Shown in pieces: positions 1 to 12,675 of a stretch of DNA of 64,000 nucleotides (the stretch's first letter is position 1; the number at the start of each line of letters is the position of its first letter). The stretch lies in the NCBI GenBank assembly GCA_976551045.1, contig CDPCPM010000073.1, forward strand, positions 32,860,001-32,924,000, read 5' to 3'. Both the position numbers and the translations under genes were made by a program. The notes under the pieces were generated by a model. It was not told the DNA's origin. It did no database searches and saw nothing but the letters and a program-made list of their open reading frames with translations. Origin of the DNA: Glaucostegus cemiculus. Lineage: Eukaryota.

Positions 1-309
1 TCTGCAGCTGGGATGGCTCAGACAAATTTTTAATTCTATGAGTATTGTAATGTATGTGTTCTCAATGAGTTCTTAATCTCTAATGAAGTCTATTGCAGAG
101 GATTGAGATTTATACAAGTAAGGCATGAAGTGCTCAAACAAGCTTGGGTAGTATATTCAGGGCTCTTCACTGACTGAGTGTGGTAATTCTTACAAATGTT
201 GTTGCAATTTAAAAAGCAGCTCATCACATCACAAAATCCCTAAAAGGGTCATTGTAAACTAACAATCCTTGTTCACAACCAATATTACACAAGCTGCACT
301 GCATCCACT

Positions 310-2070
310 ATTTATAAGAATAAGAAAACCTGAACCGGGGTTTTGCGTAGTTCCAAACTTAACCATGTCCCTGGTTTCTGCAATTTTTGTGATCTTCACA
401 AAGGTGCCAGGGTTACTTGTGTTGAAGTTGTAGTTTCACTGGATATTGCTGGAGTTTCATCTATCTCCGATCTCAGAAAGATTACATGCTGCCTCCACTT
501 GAACAATATTGGATCTACTTCAAAAAAAATTTCAATCTCTCATTCCACTTTACTACTCTCTTGCACCTCGTTCACCATTATTAAGTGGTGAACATATACT
601 TCACAGAATTTCTTTCCAACCTGCATGATATTTTCTAGGCCTGTATTTCAGTACTATCTCTTCATTGTCGCTTTTTCTCACCTCTGACCTGTGGGGTGGT
701 CTTAGTACACGAAGTCCGATGCAGATTGAACCTCTTCATGCAACTTGTCTCATGATCTTGCTTTTGTTATTGCCTCTCTAATTTTCCTTCCAAACTCGGC
801 TGGATGAAACTCAGCTAGGCTCTGAGTCTTCTATTCATTAATATTTCAACAAGAGCATATCTTGTTGTAAAGTGTTACTTTGTTCTACAGCTTAGGAGAA
901 ATGCTGCAAGTCAATGTTTCATAGTGAAATTTGATTGACCATCCATCGCCCATTTCTTCTACCACTGTGCAAACTGACCTTTCTGCTTTCCCATTGATAT
1001 GAATTGTTTGCACAAGATGACTTAAACAGTGGACCATATCTGATACTACTTCTATTGGAAGTTCATCTGTGGTAAAGAATGATCGTAACATTGCTATCAT
1101 ACTTTCTCCAGGGTTGCAATAACCCACTTTAAATGGCTCTTAATTAATATTACAAAATTGCCCAATCTTCACAGTAATCTGGATTTGGTGGAACAGATTT
1201 GTAAGCCATTTCCACACCTGGAGTGCTGCTTTTGAAGTTTACATACTGTAATCATAACTCCATAGGCTAACTCTCCTATATTGTTGATTATGCCCAGTCA
1301 ATAGATAAAGCATTTAGCTACTGCCTTAGTGGTTATTATACCTAAGTATTCTGTACAGATTTTTTTTCATAATTTTCCTCGGTGATTCCTTTTGTATGAT
1401 AGACTTTTTTCATGGGGTTGGGGAATCTAAAACTAGAGGGCATAGGTTTAAGGTGAGAGGGGAAAGATTTAAAGGGGACTAGAGGGGCAAGTTTTTCACA
1501 CAGAGGGTGGTGGGTATATGGAGTGAGTCAGTAGAGGAAGTGGTAGAGGGGGGTACAATTACATAATTTAAAAGACATTCAGAGAGGTACATGGATAGGA
1601 AAGGTTTGGAGGGATATGGGCAAAACGCAGGCAAATGGGACTAGCTCAGGTAGGCAACTTGGTCGACATGGATGAGTTGGACTGTATAACTCCATATCTC
1701 TATCATAATCCTCTGTCCCCACCTTTCGTAGCCCTGGTTGATGGACAGTTCATTGTGTCTATGGTGAAATAGTTTCATGGGTTCATTCAGATCTGAGTCT
1801 GAATCTGCTCACTCATTTAATATGTATTTGGACACTTTCTCAGAACAGGGTCTTTCTTGATTCTGGTTGGTTCTGCAGATGCGATGGGGGAAATCATCTT
1901 CTACCACTAATAAAGTATACAATTTGTTTTCTCATTTGTTGTGGCTTCTTCATTGGTTGTCTTGTACTATTTCAAAAAACTAAAGTGGTTCACTTCCTGA
2001 ATATCAGTGTTCAGATATGCTGTGAAATTCTGATGTTAATAACTAAAATTCAAGGCTAAATAGCAATCAA
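310..2070 (-). mobile_element. Decayed Ty3/Gypsy pol relic (RNase H end and integrase), interrupted by a CR1 fragment
   Basis: ORF 885-1127 LRSFFTTDELPIEVVSD...NGKAERSVCTV resembles the integrase core. Minus-strand reads near 1710-1785 (RHNELSINQGYERWGQRIMI) and 1300-1360 (YLGIITTKAVAKCFIY) resemble the pre-integrase and zinc-finger region. Many stops and frameshifts. Confidence 0.75.
1405..1700 (+). mobile_element. CR1 LINE 3' fragment inserted in the Gypsy relic
   Basis: Typical CR1 ORF2 end aaaactagagggcataggtttaaggtgagaggggaaagatttaaa...ttcacacagagggtggtggg (TRGHRFKVRGERFK). Reverse-complement similar to 60545-60860. Confidence 0.85.
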
Positions 2071-2119
2071 TAGTAATCATAGTAACAAAAAGAAAAGGAC
2101 TGATTATTTTACATCTCTT

Positions 2120-2420
2120 TGATATCCAGATGACTGTTGCAATGTGTAAATTACAGTGGCCAATTTGCCAGTAGGAAGCTCCCATGATCATAAGATGACA
2201 GTGACCAAATAATCTGTACCTGTACAAATTAAATTATGAAGGATAAATATTAAATCAGGAAAAAAATTTCATCCACTCGTCTTCGCAAAACTATCATTTT
2301 ATATATATTACAAACACATGACAGGACAGATGGACCACAGTCTGAAAGACAGCACACCCAACAGTGTAGCACACCCTGAGTGGGTCTTGAACCTACAAAC
2401 TCACCATTGCGCTGACACCA
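2120..2420 (-). mobile_element. Deu-domain tRNA-derived SINE (SacSINE1-like), degraded
   Basis: Shares gaccaaataatctg, tctgaaagacagcac and cttgaaccta blocks with the copies at 12275-12675 and 42385-42890. Confidence 0.55.
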
Positions 2421-2999
2421 AAACCACTGTTGACTCTTCAGAGATAACTTGAAATGAACACTGTCTCAGAATAATTGTTCGTGCTCTTGGCCTTTGGAAT
2501 GTTTTCTGTGAAACATAATATCTTTGGTGCAATTATATGATGCTCTCTGCTTTCTGTAAGGAACACTTCAGACTAAGCCAGTAAAACATCTATCTCCCAA
2601 AGCCAAGGGAAGCCAGTAACTATTTTTTCAGTAATCACATTGAATTATTTATAGAACCACTTTTATTGAAAGCTTTTATGAACTTCTATATTTAGAATAC
2701 AATTGCCACAGGAGTCTAAAGGCTTTCTCTCTAGAATGCAGTCATCTTTGACATGCAAATACTTCCCCTCAGTAAATGTAGATCTAGATGCTTTGATGTT
2801 GCTATAGAATTGTGGAAAATTTACAAAAAAATTGGTGGCTTTTCAGCATCTCAGGTCTGCACCAGTTGGAAAAGAGCTATCAAACCTCATCCCAGCTTCT
2901 GTACTTGATCTGCATCCCTGCAGCTCACTACCCTTTAACTGCACATCAAAGCACTTTTTGTAAATGTGATGGAAGTTACTTTTGGGGTGAAGGACAAAC

Positions 3000-4310
3000 A
3001 GAACATCCCCTGGAAATAGTGGTCTAGCGTGAATGAGAAGCTTAAAGAAATTAGCATTAGCAAAAAATTAGTATTAGAGAAATTAATGGAACTGAAAGAA
3101 TTAAATCCCCAGATTCATGATCTACATGATAACACTTTGAAGGAGGTGACTGTGAAAATGCTATATACTCTGAAATGTCTCTCACAGATTGCAAGAAAGC
3201 AAATGTAACCTCACTATCTAAGAAAAGAGGGAGAGAGAAATTAGGGGAACAATAGACTGGTTAGCCTGACATCAGGAGAAGGGAGAATGCTGGAACCTTT
3301 TATTAAGGAAGTGATAACAAGGCATTAGGTAAATAATAGGATTAAGCAGAGTCAACATGGATATGTGAGAGGGAGGTTATTTTGGTAAATCTGTTAGAAC
3401 ATTTTAAGTTTGTTACCAGCAAAATAGATAAAGGCAAATTCATTGATGTGGTATATTTGGGCTTTCAGAAGGCATTTGATTGGATGCCACACACGAGATT
3501 AATAAATAAAATTAGATTGCATTGTACTGTTGATTATATACTGATGTGGATTGAGGATAGGGTAATAGACAGAAAATAAAACCTAGGAATAAACAGGCCA
3601 TTTCTCTGTTGGGTGCCTATAAACAAAAGTGTGCTGCTGGGACTGGTGCAGGTGGCTTGGTTGTTCACAGGAAATCAAGTGTAATATATCCAGGTTCGCT
3701 GATGATATACACAGCTAGATGGCAGTGTGGGCTGTGACAGGGAGGCTTCGGGACATGAAGGCAAATTAAATGAATGGGCAGGGACATGACAGAAGGAATG
3801 CAATGTGAAAAAGAGTGAGCTCATACTTATTGGTAGAAAACAGAAAAGTGCAGATGGTCAGAAGGACCTGACTGTCTTTATACACAGAGCAACAATCTGC
3901 TAGAGGAACTCAGCAGGTTGAACAGCATCTGTGGGGGGGGGGGGGGGGGGGGAGGTGGGGAGGAACTGTTGATGTTTCAGGTTGAAACCTTGCATCAGGA
4001 CTGAGTGGAGGGGGAGATGGCCAGTATATACAAATCACTACCAGTTAGGAAAGCAAATAGTATGTTAGCCTTTATTGCAAGAAGATTTGAATAAAAGAGT
4101 GGAGAATGCCTTGCTCTAATTATTTTGGGTGCTGGTGACCTCATACCTGGATTATTATGTGCAGGTCTGATCTCCCTACCCAAGGAAGGATGTACTTGTG
4201 ATAGAGGGCATGCAGTGGATGTTCACTGGATTGATTCGAAGCTTTGTCCTATGACAAGAGATTGAGAAAATTGACCTAAACTTTCTAGAATTTAGAGAAA
4301 TGTGAGTTGA
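3000..4310 (+). mobile_element. CR1 LINE reverse-transcriptase fragment, pseudogenised
   Basis: ORF 3382-3579 NLLEHFKFVTSKIDKGKFIDVVYLGFQKAFD is the CR1 RT motif (DVVYLDFQKAFD), with a FADD-like ttcgctgatgat at about 3695-3706. Interrupted at 3885-4030. Confidence 0.88.
3885..4030 (-). mobile_element. Penelope-derived short repeat with hammerhead-like motif and a G20 tract
   Basis: Minus strand 4003-3966 reads CAGTC-CTGATGC-A-AGGTT-TC-AACCT-GAAA-CATC-AACAG. Shares the gaggaactcagcagg...cagcatctgtgg block with other copies. Twenty G at 3933-3952. Confidence 0.7.
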
Positions 4311-6462
4311 TCAGGTTGAGTCAGTTAGTTTAGCATTCTATTCAAGTGTGTTTATGGTCATCTTTGTTCTTAGTTTGATTACATGCCTTTTAGAACTGCA
4401 GACTTAATGTAGTGTGTAAAGATTTTGATGTCAGAATGATGATTGCAACCCAGTCAGGCAGCTTCATCTTGAGGAAGAGCTCATGACCAGTGTCACCAAC
4501 AGACCATGGTCCTGCTTACGGCCCAAATCACTGGAAACACACTTCAACATTTGAACCCACGTTGTGAATGCTTTCACCTCAGTGCTGAATGTAAAACATG
4601 TAAAATGCAACTAGCTTGTAAAGATTCTCAAAGGTGAAGACATTAATGATAATGGCAAAAGATGTGGCAAAAGCTTTGGAGTTGATCAATATTCTTTAAG
4701 GAAACAATCGTAGAAATGCAAATCATCCACAAAGTACCTGGTGGGAATCACTAAATATATTATATAATACTGCTCTGGCTATTGCTGTTTGGGACTTTAT
4801 CATTGAGATGCCTTATAGCAGTAGCCTTAAAGCACTGCTTCAGTATCAGAGATAATGTTTCAGGACAGATGGTTATTAAAGGGCTGGTACACAAATTGAG
4901 CATGCTTCTTTCATATCAAAGATATTCCATGTAGCATTCGGACTGGAGCCACTTTGGAGTCATAGATTATTAATTCATTTGCAAACAATTTGGAAGCAGT
5001 AATTTACACTTGTAATTTGAGTATTGGATTTTATGGAAATGAATAGGCTGTATGCCTGTGAGAGGAAAGACTGAGTGACAGATGACGACCAACCAGCCTA
5101 CAGAGATCCTCCCTCAAGTTAGATATCTCATTCAGAATCAGCAAATCTGGTAAGGCATCCTGCCAGGGCTGCTTTCCAAGGATAGAGCTGGCTTCACGGC
5201 ATCTGGCTAAGTCTGCTATGTGGATCTAATTTAAACCTCCTCTCTGAGCCACTCCTGACTGAGCAGGAGTATGACTCAGAGACCGCAAAACTTGCAGGTG
5301 TATAGATTTTGAAGGGCTGCTGCTGAAATTTGAAGAAAGGTAATCTCAACAAAATGAGCCATTACACAAAAGAATAAATAGTGATGTTTTCTTAAAGGCT
5401 CCAAAAATTGTTTTATTTTGTTGGGACATGGGAAGTGATCCAGGCAAGAAATAAATTGGAAGGCCAATGTCACGGCATGGCATGAGTCATGTGACTGAGG
5501 ATCAGAGCGGTACTGCATTTGGACCCTCGTTTGATCATAAATAAGGTGTGTCTACAATTGCACAAGGTAGATTCGAGGTATATTAACCTCCTTGGCATTA
5601 CCTACCAGAGGATTACTGTGCATCAGACCTAGCAAGCAATAGTGCCAGGGTTCAGTACGGGAGACACTTGGACTGTTTAGGGAATTTAGCAAGGTAGCCA
5701 CACACCCTGAGATGGCCTAAGACTCATTTCCACACAGAAGTTTGCTTATGAACACTGACAAGATCTCATATAATACTGTAGCTTTGCATTATATTTAATG
5801 TCAGTGGGGAACATGGTTAAGAAACTCCAAATCCAGAGTAGAATCTTGCCAAAGACACAACTTCCTAAAGGGTTGTAGGTTGTCATCTGGCGGTAATAAC
5901 AACATCCATAACACATTAAAAATTGTAGTTGTCTGTTGTTACTGCACAGCTGCATTGTAGCATCCACTAGGAAAGGAAAGGAACGTGGTGACCAAAGGCA
6001 GGTAACAATTTCCCCAAACTGTCAGCAAGCTGAGAATGAGCTAGTAACATAATTGTGGTGGGCAGTGCTGACCCTGCCGCTCACTGGCAGCACAGCCCTT
6101 GGCCTGCATCAGGGGTACATGCCACAAATAGCAGAGCTCTGTAACCAGACCGAACTGAGGCAATTGCCCTCAGCCATTGGTGGGTAGGTTTAGATTTAGA
6201 CTTGTGGTGTATGTAGTATTGATTGCGGACACTAATTATTGCTTTAGGTCCGTCTTCCCTGGAAGGATTGTGTCATGCTTCTGACTTCTTACTGGGATGC
6301 CACAATGTTTTAGGAAGTTCTTCTGGTCAGTCTGTGAAGAGACCTTGAAGACGCTCTGAATTCCTATGTTCCTTGTGTATGTCTATATGTCTGCAATTGA
6401 CTTTGTGAGAGGTTAAGTACTGACCACACGTACTTTACACATCTGTAGCTGCTGGTCTTAAA

Positions 6463-7460
6463 GTCATAGAACGATACAGCATGGAAGCAGGCATTCAGCC
6501 CAACTGTCCACACCCACCAGTGGCCACCCTTCTGTATGAATCCGCTCTCCCAGCAAATGATCCATAACTTTTATGCCCAGGTGATTCAAATGCTCGTCTA
6601 AACACTTCTTAAATGCTGTCAGCAAACCAGCTTCAACTCCTGACTCAGGCATTGTATACCAGGTAATTGCCACTCTCTGGGTGAAGAAGGTCCCCTTTGT
6701 ATCACCTCTAAATCTCTCCCCCTGATACTAAATCTATGTCCTAGCTACCACTGATATGGGGAAAAATTTCCAGCAGTCTACCCTACTTGTACCCTTCAGA
6801 ATCTTATATACCTTAGTCATGTTCCCTCTCCATCTCCTCTGCTCCTGGGAGAACAGACCCAGCTTCCACAATCTCTCCTCATAACTGAAATGCTCAATTC
6901 CAGACAACATCGTGGCAAATCTCCTCTGCACCCTCTCCAGTGCTATCACAAGTTCCTGAGAGCATGGTGACCAGAACTACACGCAGTACTCCAGCTGAGG
7001 TCTGACCAAAGTTTTATAATGTTGGAGCACAACCTCCTACTTCTGTATTTGACGTCCTGACTAATGAAGGCCAATATCCCACATGTCTTCCTAACCATGT
7101 TATTTACCTATGTTGCTACCTCCAAGGTCCTATGGACCTGTACTTCAAGGTCTCACTGTTCAGTACTTCCTAAGATCCGACCTTTCATAGTGTATGTCCC
7201 AGCCTCATCAGTTCTCCCAAAATGAATCATCTCACATGTCTGGACACGTTGATATCTCTCAGCAGCCTAAGAGTACCCTCCACACTATCAACAACTCCTC
7301 CAATCTTTGTGTCACCTGAACTTACTGAACTTGCTCCCACATCCACATCAAGGCTATACATGTATATTACAAACAGCAATGGTCCCAGCGCTGATCCTTA
7401 TGGGAAACCACTAGTCATAGGCATTCAATCGCAAAACAACCCTCTATGATCACTTATTGT
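6463..7460 (-). mobile_element. CR1 LINE 3' ~1 kb
   Basis: ORF 6734-6949 ALERVQRRFATMLSGIEHFSYEERLWKLGLFSQEQRRWRGN is the CR1 ORF2 C-terminus; the 3' UTR ends at catagaacgatacagca. Confidence 0.9.
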
Positions 7461-7539
7461 CAATCGAGTTTTGGATTGAAGAGTCTTGCTAGCTAATCTT
7501 CTCTTATCCTGTGCACTTTTACCAAATTATACCAACAAG

Positions 7540-8120
7540 GTAAAAGCAAAAAGCCAGGAGGTCATGAGTTCAAGTCCCACTCCTGAAACTTGGAGCAAAA
7601 CTCTAGAACTAGAGAATGAGGTGTTACTGTATTGCACAGGTATCTCTAATGACTGCGGACGTGATTTTACTCTGCTTTCTGCTGAGAAATAAACTGATTC
7701 TCTGCCCGATTTCCTTGGCAGATATAAAGGGCATAATGTTCTGATGCAGGGTCCTGACCCAAAACATCTACATACCACTTTTGCCTCCACAGATGCTGCT
7801 CAACCCAGTGAGTTCTTCTAGCATTCTGTTTTTTGTTTCAGATTCTTTTGTTGTGATATGAAGGATGACCTGATATCGTCCAGAAGTAAAGCAGAGAAGT
7901 CATCCTTGCTGTGCTGGACAATATTCCTTACTTAGCAACACTAAAACAGATTATTTGACCAATACCATATTGCCATTTGTGGGAGCTTGCTGTACACAAA
8001 TTGACGACAGTTTTTCTACAATTACATCGGAGAGTTCATTTCAAAATACATCACTGGCTGTAAAATGCCTCAGGATATCTTGAATGGGATGTAAAAGGTG
8101 CTACAGAAATTCAAGTCTCT
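7540..8120 (+). mobile_element. Deu-domain SINE (SacSINE1-like) interrupted by a Penelope-derived repeat
   Basis: B-box-like gagttcaagtccc at about 7566, and 3' blocks aaaacagattatttgacc...tgtgggagcttgctgtacacaaattg...ggctgtaaaatgc...aaaggtgcta. Confidence 0.7.
7738..7845 (+). mobile_element. Penelope-derived short repeat with hammerhead-like motif (sense to GRIN2A)
   Basis: CTGATGC-A-GGGTC-CT-GACCC-AAAA-CATC at 7741-7768, followed by ccacagatgctgctcaacccagtgagttcttctagcattctg. Confidence 0.7.
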
Positions 8121-11100
8121 CTCATTTAAACTAGGTAAAGATCTAGGACCTCAATAAAGCTGAGCCATGAAACTGACAGGAGCACTCCAGCTCACAAAGT
8201 ACATCATCCTGTTGAATTACAACCGAACAGAAAATGATTTCAGGGTTTCTTGCCCTGTTCTGCCACAGTATTCCAAGCTTGCTCTTTCTGGTAACCAGTA
8301 GGGTAGGATAAATACCATATCTCGTCATCTTTCTTGATCTCATCATTGTAGGCCATACACATTTATTTCATTTACTTAAAACAACACCTTAACACTAATG
8401 CAACATCATTATTTTTAAGCCTTAGTCACCTTTGCAATAATTTCAGTAGTATTCCATATTGTTTCAATTCAATGTCCTGAAAGATGCCATGAGATTTTAA
8501 CATACAACTGTTCAACACAATGCCTTGGATTTCTTTCTTCACTCTTTAAATAAAAATGTGGTTACGTTTAGATGGTCTAACACCTCTGCTTAAAATGTAG
8601 CACGATCTGATATTTAAAGCAAGTGGTTGCAATGTAGTGCAAAGTTGAGGAAATTTCAAATGTATTACCAATGAGATACTTCTGACCAGATTGTATTAAA
8701 CTATTTTGCATATTTGTATATCACTACGCCAACACAGTCTGGGAGTTGATGAAGCTACAGTGGCTTTGCAGCTGTAATGGGTGTATATAGGTAAGGAATT
8801 TGGACAGTCTCAACTCATTACCTTTAAAGTTACATTCTCTATTATGCAAGGGGAATAGTCTTGATTCTTTTCTATATAATAAGCAAGCTCTCACTTTAAG
8901 GAATTAGATAAAGACAGTTTGAAAAGTTACTGATCAGAAAGAAAAATATAAATCAGGTATATCATGCAAGATTAATGTATCAACATACTTAACATTCCTG
9001 ATGTAATGATGGTAAATTTGTGTCTGGGAGCTGGGCTGGACCATCTACAGTACATGGTTAACAGACTCTATTCGAGTTGCTAACAGTATTTCACTCTGTT
9101 TCAAGAGCTTTCATCGCATAATCCTGTGTCTCTAATTGCCACATTTCACATATTGGCGATTGATCACCCAATATTTCCATCATCACCATATGCTGCCTTC
9201 CTGATGTGCAGGATGATTCTGATGGGTGCTGGATGTTGTTTACTTTTGCCATTGCAATTTTCCCAAGGTTGGTCAAAACATGCAAAAAGATTGCAGAATT
9301 TCGAGCTCCAAATTATATCCAGTGCAAATCAATTGTCAGTGATCAGTAGTCAGTTGGATTAAAAATATTTTTTTCTCTAATAAACCTGTTTTCTGCTGTA
9401 TTGATCACTCAGTTAAATCAATTGGAGTATTTTCAGCTGGACATCCAATGCAAGCCCCCGGTCTCTGGTTGCTGCTGGACCTGACTCCTTGATCAGCTGG
9501 AGTCTCCAAGTTGGAGTTGTCCAAGTTGCAGTCCAGGTGTAAGGGGCAGGTTGTGGGCAGATCTAGTGGTGGGCAGTGCTTTTTTTGTGGGTCAGGAAGG
9601 ATTCCAGTGGCTTTTGGAAGTTCTCACTCCGGGCTATTTTTTTTCAATGAATTTGAAAGTCAATGGAGAATGTCAGTTTCCTGAGAATCATTTAGTTTGG
9701 GATCAATATGGGGGTCATTTCTTCTCAGTTTGGAACCTGAGATAAGAAAATTATATGGGAAGAAGAGGATCCTGCATGGAGACTGTGCAGGGTCACCAAT
9801 TTCCGGTTTAAATATGGTGCACCCTGTCCAATATGGAACTCTCAGCAAGACTACTTCTCCTTCCTCTTCCTCCCTCTCCCCTCCTACACCACCTGCACCA
9901 TTAGCCCCCAGCCACATTCCACCCTGACCTGGCAGGTTGTCCTAGCCTCCAATATTTGGCTGCTTCTGCTGCAGCAAAGTTGCCTTGGGCGGGCCTTCTG
10001 GCTGTGAAAAAGGGTTTGAACTTGCTATGCAGGATTCTCCAGCTGTTCCCTGGACCCACAGGGAGAATGACTGCAAGGCAAGTTTGTTTACTTTTCAGCT
10101 GACAGTGTTCAGTTCTGACCGCTGACTACAAAATTCTGGCCTTCAGGCTCTTGCTGGCTCAGGACTTTGTAGGTCCGGTACTGAAGTTGGGAAAATAACT
10201 CGGCTATTGCTTACTGGTTTTACAAGGTGTGGATTATTTCTAGTCGAAATAAGGGAAGTCCCTCAGAGTATAAGGCAGTTGGCAGTCCTACCTCCCCCCT
10301 CCATCTTTGATCATCTGATCACTGTTTCACCCCGACCTCAAACCTTCCCAATGGAAGCTCCCTTTTCCATGGTCCCTGATCATCTGTCGGCTAAACAGAA
10401 TTTCCCCTGTGCTCTCCCACCTCCCAACCCAACCGTTTCACCACTCAGTCCAGAGACTTCATCTATCTCAGCGCACTTTCCTTTGTCAGCTCAGTGCCAG
10501 CAGCAGATCCACAACTAAAGCAGTCATTGCCATGCCACCCCACTGTCATACAGCACATCTTTTATGGTGCATTTCAAGTTATAGGCTATATACTCATATT
10601 TATTCCTTCCTGGGATATGTGGTTAACAGTTTGTTACAGTGCTTGGTCATAAAGCCTGCAACTGTTTGTTTAGTAAACCAAATCTCTTGTTCTGAGACCT
10701 GTGCAACTCAACCAATTGTCACTCTGTCCACAGTGTGAACATCAGGAAACAATGTAAATATGCTGTGCATGTTGTATGAGGCAGACTGTGATTGCTGTAG
10801 AGGTCTGTAGTTTGCTTCTGCATTAATAGCTTTGACAATTGACATAAATGTTCTTTTTGAAGCCCATGCTGTTCATTAACTTATTTCCCTTAATCTAGAT
10901 GCAATGATGAAACTTATTGTATTGCGCTGAGAATTAGAATAATTTTGTCCTTTTCACTCCATTGCACCATGAAACTGTTTTTGGCCAGACACAGAACGGT
11001 GAATTCCAGTACACAGTTACTTTTAATAATATCATTATTTGAGTGAAACTTGAGCAATCAACCTCACTAATGTAACATTTCTAATTGCCATGCTCATTCC

Positions 11101-12274
11101 CCTTGTAGTCACTGAAGAATGTGAAGCTGTGCATGAATTAGTGTACTAATTTGTTTAATCTCTGCCCTGGGTTTACTGGAAGATCATTTTTTGTTGATGA
11201 AAGTAGAAAATTTATTGTTTATTCAGATTTTTAAAAATCTTGCTTTTTACAAACACTGATCAAAAATTAATATATTTTTGGCAATTATTGTGGCATTTGA
11301 GTGTACTATGCTATACACTGATAGACAATTAGGCTGCAGATAGTACCCCTTATTGTAGCTTGCCTCTTTCAATGTAATGCATTGGAGCAGCTACACAGTA
11401 TATCTTTATACAGTGTATGTTAAGCTGTTAAGCCGAGCAGGTTATTTGAATGTAGTAAATCGTTAGTATCGATGATGATAAACTTTAACATTAGTAGATT
11501 CACTTAACATTTTTGTATTTTTCTTGCCATCTGCTGAGGGTACTTGACCTATCTCTCTTCTACAACCCTGCTAATTTGAGAAGAGTGATCAACTACATCA
11601 CTGAGAAATGATCAGGCCTAAGCAGAATTTAAATAACTGTTGAATTTGAACTGGATTGCAAATCAAGCATATTTTGGAATGAGTCATGCACTCCTGGTTT
11701 TTCAGTTGCTTATGCTGCTCAAAGTCATTGATATGGCAGCAGAAAGTCAAGGGTAATTGTGTAGGGGGCTCTTGCCACTGCAGTGGCAGCAGAAGTGGTA
11801 CTGATTTCACACTTCAGTGTCACATCAGAAAATCTACATAAATAGAGGCACTTGGGGAATCTTCAGACCAACTTGGGCAGCTGGAGTGCATGGATATGCT
11901 TGATGGGTTGACAGCCAGTATGATGCTGAATAAGTAAAGCACATTAGCTCTTTATTTTCCACCTCTGTGTTTCTAGTACTTCAGTATTTGCTTTTGAATT
12001 TCCCTTGGAGATGGTCTCACTTTCTGAATAAGGAACTGAAATAACCGGCAGCTTTCAGAGTGTTGCACAGCTATCATGGTGAATAACAGTAAAAGAATGA
12101 TGCATGGAATTAGACGCCAGTCAGTTGCAGTCATGATTCAGGAGGCTTCTGTTTGGAATCACTCAGATCCTTCTCAACGCCCCATTCTTCACTCCTACAT
12201 CAGAAAAATGAACCATAGATATGCCACATTCATCACATTGGTTACATTGATAACCCCTGGATTGCTAAGGTACT

Positions 12275-12675
12275 ATATATAAGACCTCAGGATATCTCAA
12301 AGTGCTCTACAGCCAATAAAGTATTTTTGAGGTACAGTTCTACAACTAATTTAAGGAAACTTGACATGCAACCAATCTGTGCATAGCAAGACCCCAAAAA
12401 TAACAATGCTATAAATTACCACGTTATCTGTCTTGGTGTCCTTTCAAGAGTGACAACCTTAGTCAGGGTAACTAGGAAAGATCTTTTCATGAGATGGCCA
12501 GAAAGGATGGAATCTCAGATCAACACCTCATTAAAGACAGCACCTTTGACAATGCAGCACTGCTGCTAAAATAAAGGAAAGCTTCAGCCTAAATTATACT
12601 CTCAGATCTCTGGAGTGGGATTTGAACCTGCAACCTTCAAACTCCAAAGTGAGAATGCTGCCACTGAGCCAAGGA
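12275..12675 (-). mobile_element. Deu-domain SINE (SacSINE1-like), near full length
   Basis: The reverse strand starts with a tRNA-like head (tggctcagtggcagc...ggttcaaatcccactccagaga) followed by the central ggtgctgtcttt block and the ttggctgtagagcactttg tail. Confidence 0.75.

Noticed and set aside
11773-11788. Perfect 16-bp palindrome TGCCACTGCAGTGGCA
   Set aside because: About one such palindrome is expected by chance in 64 kb (64000/4^8), and there is no supporting context.
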